Positions 1 to 6,182 of a stretch of 42,560 nucleotides of DNA are shown here, one piece after another; position 1 is the first letter of the stretch; every line of letters starts with the position of its first letter. A program made the translations under genes and the position numbers. Source of the stretch: an uncultured Gammaproteobacteria bacterium (GTDB taxonomy: Bacteria > Patescibacteriota > Patescibacteriia > Patescibacteriales > GWC2-42-12); the NCBI GenBank assembly GCA_964553705.1, contig CAZKKV010000002.1, positions 1 to 42,560 on the forward strand, in the 5' to 3' direction. The notes beneath the pieces are model-generated. The model worked only from the letters and a program-made list of their open reading frames with translations, searched no databases and had not been told where the DNA came from.

Positions 1-35
1 TTATAAAAGAAAATTGGTTTAAAATAATAATTGCA

Positions 36-488
36 GTGTGTTTTTTTCTGGTAATGTATTCAATATTTTATTATTTTATAATTTATATGCCCGTAAGTCA
101 GGAAAACGTTAATAATTCTCAAGTATATCAATTTAATTACGGAGAAAAGGAAGATTTAAACTCAGTTGCTGAAATAGAAGAAACTCTTGAGGAATATGGG
201 GCTAGTGTTTTGCATATTGGAGGTTGGGGTTCTCATGCAATAGAGAAGAGCGCATATTATTTAGATACACATGGTTATTTAATACCCCCAGAAAATTATG
301 TATCAACATTTTTTAATACCCCAGCCGACATTTTAACTGCACAATGTGCTGATGGATTTAAATTAACATCATGTGAGAGTAATTCTAATAATGAAGTTTA
401 TATTGATGAAGAAAATGATGAGTGTCGTATGATTATTGAAAAAAAAATGCAAAATAGACTAAATATAAAATGTTTAAAAAATAATTAA
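36..488 (+). CDS. Hypothetical protein with N-terminal hydrophobic (TM/signal-anchor) segment; possible cargo of the integrated element
   Basis: 150-aa ORF from the track with a GTG start. The same frame stays open back to position 3, so the true start may lie upstream of the window. I recognise no family motif. Confidence 0.5.
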   Translation: MCFFLVMYSIFYYFIIYMPVSQENVNNSQVYQFNYGEKEDLNSVAEIEETLEEYGASVLHIGGWGSHAIEKSAYYLDTHGYLIPPENYVSTFFNTPADILTAQCADGFKLTSCESNSNNEVYIDEENDECRMIIEKKMQNRLNIKCLKNN

Positions 489-491
489 TAT

Positions 492-2075
492 ATGAAAAAA
501 GCAGTCTATTATGCTCGTGTATCTACATCACTTCAAGAAGAGAAAGGAACTATCGAAAGTCAAAAACACGAGTTAAAAAAACAAATTAAAAAGAATGGAG
601 ATGTTTTAGCTGATGAGTATATTGATAATGGTTGGAGTGGGGCAAGACTAGATAGGCCTGAATTAGATAGATTAAGAGATGATTTAAGAACTGATAAATT
701 TGAAGTTGTATATTTTTTAGACGCTGATAGAATTGCGAGAGATTCTAATCATCAAAATATTATCATTGCTGAGTTGTTAAAGTATAACAAAGAGATAATT
801 ATAAAAGGTAAAAATTATATTCATAACCCCGACAATAAGTTTACGTTAACTGTTTTGGGCGCTGTTAATGAGTTAGAAAAAGCAAAAATAGTCGAAAGGA
901 CAATGAGAGGAAAAAGAAGAAAAGCAGAAAGAGGTTTAGTCGTTGGGACGGAAGCTCCTTTTGGTTATACTTATATAAAAAAAACAAAAGAAAAAGAGGG
1001 CGAATATATTATAAATGAAAAAGAATCCGAAATAGTAAAATATATTTTTGATAGTTATTGTAAGACAGATGTAAGTCTTGAAGGAATGGTAGTAAAATTA
1101 AAAGATAACGAGATGAAGCCCCGAAGAGGTAATAGAGTGTGGGCAAGGTCTTCTATTAGACGTGTTTTAATGAACGAAACTTATACTGGTACCACTTATT
1201 ATAATCGGATCGAGAAAGTAGAGATACCAGACAGACCAAATAATTATGCAAAATATTTAAAGACAAGACAAAAGCTGAGAGCAAAGAGTGATTGGATACC
1301 GATTAAAGTTCCGATTACTATTTCAAAAGAATTATATTATGAAGCTCAAAAGAAACTATTAAACAACGGCTCTACCTATAGGGGAGAAAGTCCGTATTTG
1401 TTATCGGGGCTTATGAAGTGCGGTAATTGCGGTTATTCGTATACAGGTGCTAATTACAAGGGTAAACAGTACTATAAGTGCAATAAGAAGAATAAGCGTA
1501 ACAAGTATGATGACGCTGATTGTAGTTTTAAATCGATTAGAGGAATTACTATTGAAAATGCTTTGATGAGGACGGTTGAAGAAAAGGTTTTAAGACCGAG
1601 TGTAATCAAAAAGCATATAGATTTATTAAGCAGTAGCAGTCGTAAAAAAGAGAAGGAATTAAAAAATAAAATAGAATTGTTAGAAAAGAAATATGGCGAA
1701 ATAGAAAAGAAGAGAGAGATGGTCCTTGATTTATATACAGACGAAAAAATTAGTGATAAAAATATTTATATTAATAAAATGAACGAATTAGACGAACAGG
1801 ATTCAAAGATACAAGGCGAAATAGCTGAGTTTAAAACCGAATTAGAAAATTTATCAAATAGGTCTCAAATAAATAAAAGTGTTAGTTATTTTTGCAAATT
1901 AGCTAAAAGAAGACTAGGGAAATTAGACCTCGAAAAGAAGCAACAATTTTTAAAAGTTATCTTCAATAAAATCATATTTTATGGTGATTATGCTGTAGCA
2001 ATCGGCGATATTCCTATATATCCCGAAGCTATGTTAAGCAGAAAACCTGAGCATTGTTTAAACCTTGTTAATTGA
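492..2075 (+). CDS. Large serine recombinase (resolvase/invertase catalytic domain + recombinase domain + zinc ribbon + coiled coil)
   Basis: N-terminal AVYYARVSTSLQEE matches the Y-x-R-V-S-T-x-x-Q nucleophile motif of serine recombinases. The 527-aa length, the Cys cluster CGNCGYSY...YYKCNKK (zinc ribbon) and the K/E-rich coiled coil near the C-terminus are typical of phage-type large serine integrases. Confidence 0.9.
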   Translation: MKKAVYYARVSTSLQEEKGTIESQKHELKKQIKKNGDVLADEYIDNGWSGARLDRPELDRLRDDLRTDKFEVVYFLDADRIARDSNHQNIIIAELLKYNKEIIIKGKNYIHNPDNKFTLTVLGAVNELEKAKIVERTMRGKRRKAERGLVVGTEAPFGYTYIKKTKEKEGEYIINEKESEIVKYIFDSYCKTDVSLEGMVVKLKDNEMKPRRGNRVWARSSIRRVLMNETYTGTTYYNRIEKVEIPDRPNNYAKYLKTRQKLRAKSDWIPIKVPITISKELYYEAQKKLLNNGSTYRGESPYLLSGLMKCGNCGYSYTGANYKGKQYYKCNKKNKRNKYDDADCSFKSIRGITIENALMRTVEEKVLRPSVIKKHIDLLSSSSRKKEKELKNKIELLEKKYGEIEKKREMVLDLYTDEKISDKNIYINKMNELDEQDSKIQGEIAEFKTELENLSNRSQINKSVSYFCKLAKRRLGKLDLEKKQQFLKVIFNKIIFYGDYAVAIGDIPIYPEAMLSRKPEHCLNLVN

Positions 2076-2757
2076 CGGCGGTTCGGATGATGCAGTAGTA
2101 GGGGAGCTGTCAGCAGAATTACCTTTTTGGGACAGAGTGATTGATTTAATGATTCTGACTCATCCACATGATGACCATGTGGCTGGTTTAAATAGTGTTA
2201 TTAGTCGATATACGATTAAAAAAATTATTTACACTGGCGTGATACATGATTCGCCAGATTATTTAGCATGGTTGGAGGCGGTTGAGAACAAAAATATACC
2301 AATGATTATTATTAATCGACCGCAGACTATTATTCTGGGGGACGATTGTCAATTGGAAATAATTTATCCAAGAAAAGATTTATCTGGACAGGAAGTTAGT
2401 AATTTAAACAACAGTTCAATCGCTTTGCGTTTGTTGTATGGTCAAACTGGTTTTTTCCTGTCAGGTGATTTGGAGGCAGAAATAGAACAAGAATTAGTCA
2501 TAAAAGAAGTTATTTCAGAAGCCCAAGTTTTTAAAGCTAATCATCATGGTTCTGATACTTCAAATACACAGGAATTTTTGGAAAGAATTAATCCAGAAAT
2601 AGTGGTCATACAAGTTGGGGCAGATAACGATTTTGGTCATCCGAGTTTAAGGGTTTTGAAGAGATTTGAAAGAATTGGCGCAGAAATTTACAGGAATGAT
2701 TTGGACGGTACAGTTGAAATACACAGCGATGGCGATAAAATTTGGCTGACTGACTAG
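2065..2757 (+). pseudogene. MBL-fold metallo-hydrolase of the ComEC/Rec2 C-terminal-domain type, apparently 5'-truncated at the recombinase junction
   Basis: LLIDGG...ILTHPHDDHVAGL (HxHxDH), later ANHHGSD and GHPS. The upstream beta-strands (usually ..FLDVGQGD..) and any N-terminal signal/TM are missing. The only possible start is TTG at 2065, directly after an in-frame TAA. It overlaps the recombinase stop. Confidence 0.6.
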
Positions 2758-2759
2758 GC

Positions 2760-2787
2760 TTGCTTATTTTAATATAAATGATATAAT
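2760..2787 (+). promoter_or_regulatory. Sigma70-like promoter TTGCTT-16-TGaTATAAT upstream of the receiver gene
   Basis: -35 TTGCTT at 2760-2765 and extended -10 TGATATAAT at 2779-2787, read directly from the sequence. Confidence 0.55.
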
Positions 2788-2831
2788 TTACTTAAGATAC
2801 CTGAACAAAGGTGTTCTATTGTAATAAATTT

Positions 2832-3215
2832 ATGGGTACAATCAAAAAAAAAATATTAGTGGTTGAAGACGACCAGATGATTAGTTCAATGTATAAAACA
2901 AAATTTGAAGCTGATGGCTTTGAAGTAATTATTGCTAGCAATGGGGTTGAAGGATATGAATTTGCGAAAAAGCATAAGCCAGACATTATTATGATGGATA
3001 TAATTTTGCCTCAGCTGGACGGATTTTCTTCTTTAGAAAAAATAAAAAAAGATCCGGAAATCAAAGAAATACCAGTTATTATGTTAACTAATCTGGGCAC
3101 AGAAGAAGACAAGAAAAAGGGAGAAAAATTGGGTGCGATTGGTTATTTAGTAAAAGCTAGATTAACGCCAGCTCAAGTTAGTGTAAAAATAAAAGATCAA
3201 CTTAATAAATCTTAA
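2832..3215 (+). CDS. Stand-alone response-regulator receiver domain (CheY-like)
   Basis: KILVVEDD...PDIIMMDIILPQLDG...VIMLTNLG...GYLVKA are classic REC motifs. There is no output domain. ATG at 2832 is preferred over the GTG at 2811 given by the ORF track. Confidence 0.85.
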   Translation: MGTIKKKILVVEDDQMISSMYKTKFEADGFEVIIASNGVEGYEFAKKHKPDIIMMDIILPQLDGFSSLEKIKKDPEIKEIPVIMLTNLGTEEDKKKGEKLGAIGYLVKARLTPAQVSVKIKDQLNKS

Positions 3216-3275
3216 TAATTAATTAGATAATAATCTGCAGATTTATCAAAATGTTTGCAGATTTAAATTATTAGT

Positions 3276-3887
3276 ATGAATCATCCCAGTAAAGAAAAAA
3301 CTTTAGTTATCATTAAACCAGACGGCGTTCAGCGATCTTTGATTGGCGAAATAATAAAAAGATACGAAAGAAGCGGTTTGAAGATGATTGGGCTAAAAAT
3401 AGTTATACCGACTGAGGAATTGGCTCGACAGCATTACTACGGGGTCGGTGGCGATGAATGGCTAGAAAATGTCGGTAAAAAAGCTAGAGCATCTTATGAA
3501 AAGAAAGGTTTAAAATCGCCTTATAAAACTAACAAGGACAATGGTGAGGCCGTTTTGAAAGCTAATGCTAAATATTTGAGTTCTGGACCAGTGGTGGTTA
3601 TGGTTTGGCAAGGTAATCAGGCAGTAGCTTTGGTTAGAAAAATTACTGGTGGAACAGAGCCTTTGACTTCTGATGTTGGTACTGTTCGAGGGGATTTAAC
3701 ACTTGATTCTTATGCAATCGCTGATATTGATCAGCGAAGCGTTAGAAATTTGATTCATGCTTCTGGCGATACTGAAGAAGCAAAAAAGGAAATGGCAATT
3801 TGGTTTAAAGAAGATGAATTGCTGGAGTATAATCATCTAATTGAAAAAATTCTTTACGATGTTAATCTTGACGGTATTAAAGAATAG
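3276..3887 (+). CDS. ndk: Nucleoside diphosphate kinase, unusually long (203 aa) with internal insertions and a C-terminal extension
   Basis: KTLVIIKPDGVQRSLIGEII...SGPVVVMVWQG...GTVRGD...NLIHASGD (active-site His motif). Confidence 0.9.
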   Translation: MNHPSKEKTLVIIKPDGVQRSLIGEIIKRYERSGLKMIGLKIVIPTEELARQHYYGVGGDEWLENVGKKARASYEKKGLKSPYKTNKDNGEAVLKANAKYLSSGPVVVMVWQGNQAVALVRKITGGTEPLTSDVGTVRGDLTLDSYAIADIDQRSVRNLIHASGDTEEAKKEMAIWFKEDELLEYNHLIEKILYDVNLDGIKE

Positions 3888-3966
3888 TTGTGGAAAAAGT
3901 TAAAAATTAGCGCAATTTATCAGTTTAGTGAAAAAAAATAGCTAATTTTAGGTAAAATTTTATATC

Positions 3967-3995
3967 TTGATTTTTTTGTCTAAATACTATAGAGT
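3967..3995 (+). promoter_or_regulatory. Candidate promoter TTGATT-17-TAGAGT for cassette 1
   Basis: -35 at 3967-3972 and -10 at 3990-3995. The motif TTTGTCTAAA (3975-3984) recurs upstream of cassette 3 (5013-5022). Confidence 0.4.
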
Positions 3996-4021
3996 TAGAA
4001 TTAGTAAAAATAGTTATATAT

Positions 4022-4129
4022 ATGGAAAAAGCCATGCGAAAAATCTTTACTTCTTTAAAGTCAACCACTATTTTGTTGATTGGGTTGGTTTTAATTGCAG
4101 TAGAATTTCGGGTGGCTAGGATGAGATAA
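4022..4129 (+). CDS. Leader ORF 1 (35 aa, MEKAMRKIFTSLKSTTILLIGLVLIAVEFRVARMR), hydrophobic with an Ile/Leu/Val-rich run
   Basis: ATG..TAA ORF read by hand (below the track cutoff). It has no SD, like most genes in this window. Its last codons (CGG GTG GCT) contain GGGTGGCT at 4110-4117, complementary to the 5' arm of the downstream terminator. Confidence 0.4.
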   Translation: MEKAMRKIFTSLKSTTILLIGLVLIAVEFRVARMR

Positions 4130-4150
4130 GAAAAGTTTACATAGCAAAAA

Positions 4151-4181
4151 AGCCACCCACAACAAAGAAGGGTGGTTTTTT
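4151..4181 (+). terminator. Intrinsic terminator / attenuator 1
   Basis: Stem CCACCC (4153-4158) / GGGTGG (4170-4175) followed by T6. The alternative 8-bp pairing GGGTGGCT (4110-4117) with AGCCACCC (4151-4158) would exclude the terminator. Confidence 0.7.
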
Positions 4182-4234
4182 AGTTAGGGGGAAAAGTTTC
4201 TTTTAACAATTAAACTTTTTAAAGGAGGTTATCA

Positions 4235-4441
4235 ATGGACAGAGGCAAGATTGGTATTATACCAGAATTCGGCACTGTAGGTGCTGGATCACCAGGAATG
4301 GCTGTTAGTCCTGTAATAAGAGGACATCGCAAAGCCGAAGTCAAGGTCGAAAAAGAACCTAACTTAGTGGAAGTAGGTTCACAAGATTTTTCTGATTTTG
4401 CCGCGGAGCGAGTACTTCGCATCGCCGGTGACAGAAAGTAA
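4235..4441 (+). CDS. Small orphan protein A (68 aa)
   Basis: Perfect SD AAGGAGG (4222-4228) lies 6 nt before the ATG. The ORF looks richer in G+C than the flanking DNA. No recognisable family. Confidence 0.6.
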   Translation: MDRGKIGIIPEFGTVGAGSPGMAVSPVIRGHRKAEVKVEKEPNLVEVGSQDFSDFAAERVLRIAGDRK

Positions 4442-4450
4442 AAAAGACTA

Positions 4451-4479
4451 GGGAGAAGGATATTTGCATTTCTTCTCCC
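4451..4479 (+). other. Hairpin after ORF A (GGGAGAAG / CTTCTCCC) without a clear U-tract
   Basis: 8-bp stem with a 13-nt loop, followed by TCCTGCAAAAATT. Probably a weak terminator or stabiliser, so cassettes 1 and 2 may be co-transcribed. Confidence 0.45.
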
Positions 4480-4504
4480 TCCTGCAAAAATTATTATTTT
4501 ATAT

Positions 4505-4585
4505 ATGTTTTTAAGTCAAAGGATAAAATTAATTAGCATTATTACTATTATTAATGGTGCTTTTTGCTATTCCTTGAAGACATAA
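4505..4585 (+). CDS. Leader ORF 2 (26 aa, MFLSQRIKLISIITIINGAFCYSLKT), Ile/Thr-rich run
   Basis: Hand-read ATG..TAA ORF. Its last codons carry TTGAAGAC (4574-4581), complementary to GTCTTCAA (4615-4622) of the downstream terminator. Confidence 0.4.
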   Translation: MFLSQRIKLISIITIINGAFCYSLKT

Positions 4586-4612
4586 ATAAACTAGTAATAA
4601 AAAATTAAAAAA

Positions 4613-4639
4613 CCGTCTTCAAAGGAAGACGGTTTTTTT
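4613..4639 (+). terminator. Intrinsic terminator / attenuator 2
   Basis: Perfect 8-bp stem CCGTCTTC / GAAGACGG with loop AAAG and T7, preceded by an A-run. Confidence 0.8.
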
Positions 4640-4689
4640 AAATAGTTCTTTAAAAATAATTTAAGCTCAAAGGAAGGAGGGATGGTAGC

Positions 4690-4965
4690 ATGTTAACAGG
4701 ACAAATAACGCACGGGGAAAAGTTTCGCAGCACAGAGGATTTGCAAGCACTCTTGGCGGATAGCGAGGCAGTAGTCGTTTATGGTCAAAATGGTGGCATT
4801 GTTGTTCATGGCAATCCAAACAATCCAGCCAGCTTAATTGGCTGGGAATTATTAAAAAAACAGCTGGAAGGTGCATTTTATCTTGATGAAAAAGGGGCTG
4901 CCTTAGTGTCAAAAACAAGAATGCATTTTAGAAGAAATGGGTACAGAAAAGAATATCCACTCTAA
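4690..4965 (+). CDS. Small orphan protein B (91 aa)
   Basis: SD AAGGAGG (4674-4680) upstream of ATG 4690. ORF from the track. No recognisable family. Confidence 0.6.
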   Translation: MLTGQITHGEKFRSTEDLQALLADSEAVVVYGQNGGIVVHGNPNNPASLIGWELLKKQLEGAFYLDEKGAALVSKTRMHFRRNGYRKEYPL

Positions 4966-4979
4966 GTAATTCAAAAAAA

Positions 4980-5015
4980 TAAATGGGTTCTAAATAAGAG
5001 AGCCCATTTAATTTT
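4980..5015 (+). terminator. Intrinsic terminator after ORF B
   Basis: AAATGGGTTCT / AGAGCCCATTT (11 bp, one G-U), 7-nt loop, then AATTTTG. Confidence 0.65.
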
Positions 5016-5030
5016 GTCTAAAAAATATGT

Positions 5031-5059
5031 TTGACAAAAAAGATAGATCAAGATAAGAT
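5031..5059 (+). promoter_or_regulatory. Promoter TTGACA-17-TAAGAT for cassette 3
   Basis: Consensus -35 at 5031-5036 and -10 at 5054-5059. The predicted transcription start is only about 6 nt before the leader-ORF ATG (5072). Confidence 0.6.
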
Positions 5060-5071
5060 GTTAATAAGTTT

Positions 5072-5161
5072 ATGAAACAAGCTATTTGGAAAAATTTATT
5101 GTTATGCTTATTGCTTTTGTTACTACCTAAAAGGGTGGCTTGTTTTCATACAAAAATGTAG
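5072..5161 (+). CDS. Leader ORF 3 (29 aa, MKQAIWKNLLLCLLLLLLPKRVACFHTKM), 9 Leu in 10 consecutive codons
   Basis: Hand-read ATG..TAG ORF. Codons AGG GTG GCT contain GGGTGG (5133-5138), identical to the 3' arm of the downstream terminator. It shares the R-V-A codons with leader 1. Confidence 0.4.
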   Translation: MKQAIWKNLLLCLLLLLLPKRVACFHTKM

Positions 5162-5193
5162 ATAAAAAAAATTATATAGAAATAGATGAAAAT

Positions 5194-5216
5194 ACCACCC
5201 GAACGGGTGGTTTTTT
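5194..5216 (+). terminator. Intrinsic terminator / attenuator 3
   Basis: CCACCC (5195-5200) / GGGTGG (5205-5210), loop GAAC, T6. It has the same stem core as attenuator 1. Confidence 0.75.
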
Positions 5217-5265
5217 GTATATTAGCGTTCTTTTTAAAAAATATTGAGAAAAAAAGGAGGGTGTT

Positions 5266-5433
5266 ATGTGCGGTAATGGGTGTGTTGAAGTCATGGAAGA
5301 TGGCAGTGATCTTCAGAAAAAAAATTTTAGCCCACCAAAGGAATTAAATAAAGATCAGGGGGGCGACAGAGAGAGAAAAAAGCGAGCATATGATCCTGAA
5401 ATTCAGGGCCTTAATTTCATCGGGAATCGGTGA
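5266..5433 (+). CDS. Small orphan protein C (55 aa, MCGNGCVEVMEDG...)
   Basis: SD AAGGAGG (5254-5260) and ATG 5266, read by hand (below the track cutoff). The start context AGGAGGGT..TTATGTGCGG is shared with ORF D. Confidence 0.5.
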   Translation: MCGNGCVEVMEDGSDLQKKNFSPPKELNKDQGGDRERKKRAYDPEIQGLNFIGNR

Positions 5434-5451
5434 GGTTTTGGTAAAAGCTAT

Positions 5452-5485
5452 AAGGAGATCTAATCGATCTCCTTGTTTTCATTTT
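5452..5485 (+). terminator. Intrinsic terminator after ORF C
   Basis: Perfect 9-bp stem AAGGAGATC / GATCTCCTT, loop TAATC, then GTTTTCATTTTT. Confidence 0.75.
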
Positions 5486-5487
5486 TC

Positions 5488-5515
5488 TTGCTTTTTTCTG
5501 TGAATTTGTTATAAT
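5488..5515 (+). promoter_or_regulatory. Promoter TTGCTT-16-TGtTATAAT for cassette 4
   Basis: -35 at 5488-5493 and extended -10 at 5507-5515. Confidence 0.6.
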
Positions 5516-5550
5516 TATCCACAGGTAGGTAAACTATCTATTTTTAAAAT

Positions 5551-5649
5551 ATGTTAATTAAAACAATACAAAAAACTTATTCCTATTTTTGGTTTTACTT
5601 TAACCCGTTCAGGGGATTGATTTTTTGTGGTGTTTTGACTAATATCTAA
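5551..5649 (+). CDS. Leader ORF 4 (32 aa, MLIKTIQKTYSYFWFYFNPFRGLIFCGVLTNI), aromatic-rich run
   Basis: Hand-read ATG..TAA ORF. It contains CGTTCAGGGG (5606-5615), a 10-nt direct copy of the loop plus 3' arm of the downstream terminator (5684-5693). Confidence 0.4.
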   Translation: MLIKTIQKTYSYFWFYFNPFRGLIFCGVLTNI

Positions 5650-5671
5650 GTTTAACACCATTAGGGAAAAC

Positions 5672-5706
5672 AAACCGGCCCCTCGTTCAGGGGGTCGGTT
5701 TTATTT
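5672..5706 (+). terminator. Intrinsic terminator / attenuator 4
   Basis: ACCGGCCCC / GGGGTCGGT (one G-U) with an 8-nt loop, followed by TTTTATTTTG. Confidence 0.7.
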
Positions 5707-5738
5707 TGTTCTTTTTAATAAAATTTAGGAGGGTAATT

Positions 5739-5918
5739 ATGTGCGGAGAAGACGTTTCTAGAATAAAATGGGCTATTAGTATGGTAATAGCGGCGAAAGC
5801 AAACGGAAGAGAGGAAGAAAAAGAAGAGGCGATGAAGCATTTTGTGTCCGTGATTTCAGATAAATTGGCGCAAGATGGTAGTATTCAAGAGCTTGAAGAT
5901 ATAATAAGGGGGAGGTAA
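5739..5918 (+). CDS. Small orphan protein D (59 aa, MCGEDVSRIKW..., predicted helical and acidic)
   Basis: SD TAGGAGGG (5726-5733) and ATG 5739. The track's 5706 start is a TTG inside the terminator tail and is rejected. Confidence 0.55.
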   Translation: MCGEDVSRIKWAISMVIAAKANGREEEKEEAMKHFVSVISDKLAQDGSIQELEDIIRGR

Positions 5919-5920
5919 TT

Positions 5921-6070
5921 ATGTTCAAGGCAGAAGATAAGAGTAAAAAAAGCACAGAGTTTAAAAGAAGGGGTCCGTTGTGTCGCAGGCTTTCTACTGG
6001 AGACAAAAAGAGGCAAAGAAGAAGAGAGCAAAGGTGTTTTTTTGTTTTATCTCCAGTATCTTTTTCGTGA
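5921..6070 (+). CDS. Small orphan protein E (49 aa, very basic)
   Basis: SD GGGGGAGG (5908-5915) lies inside the end of ORF D, with the ATG 2 nt after the ORF D stop (translational-coupling layout). Read by hand. Confidence 0.4.
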   Translation: MFKAEDKSKKSTEFKRRGPLCRRLSTGDKKRQRRREQRCFFVLSPVSFS

Positions 6071-6087
6071 TAAAATCGCGGTAGCGC

Positions 6088-6123
6088 AAGGTTAGATTTA
6101 AGTTTTTCTAACCTTGTTTTTTT
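6088..6123 (+). terminator. Intrinsic terminator closing the cassette array
   Basis: AAGGTTAGA / TCTAACCTT (9 bp), 10-nt loop, then GTTTTTTT. Confidence 0.75.
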
Positions 6124-6142
6124 ATGAAAAATGTGCTAGGAT
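6114..6142 (+). promoter_or_regulatory. Candidate promoter TTGTTT-17-TAGGAT upstream of the structured RNA candidate
   Basis: Hexamers read from the sequence; weak evidence. Confidence 0.3.
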
Positions 6143-6182
6143 TTTAATATAAATAAGGACATTTAAATCAATTTTGTTTATA

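Larger units (their letters stand above)
1..2075. mobile_element. End of an integrated element (prophage/ICE-like) marked by a terminal large serine recombinase; the other boundary lies outside the window
   Basis: The recombinase gene (492-2075) reads into a 5'-truncated host-type MBL gene. An in-frame stop (2059-2061) closes the MBL frame just upstream of its LIDGG strand. No att repeat can be checked because the other end is off-window. Confidence 0.5.

Noticed and set aside
4108-5216. T-box riboswitch: the GGGTGGCT antiterminator elements in units 1 and 3 resemble the start of the T-box sequence (AGGGUGGNACCGCG).
   Set aside because: The ACCGCG continuation is missing, and no Stem I/specifier-loop-like structure was found. 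The leaders are only about 110-180 nt, and units 2 and 4 use unrelated sequences. The downstream genes are not aminoacyl-tRNA related.
4219-6006. Antisense ORFs 4219-4422(-), 4667-4918(-) and 5776-6006(-).
   Set aside because: They mirror the SD-led + strand ORFs, lack SD or start context, and run against the promoters and terminators that are all oriented for + strand transcription. They are likely shadow ORFs in locally GC-richer sequence.
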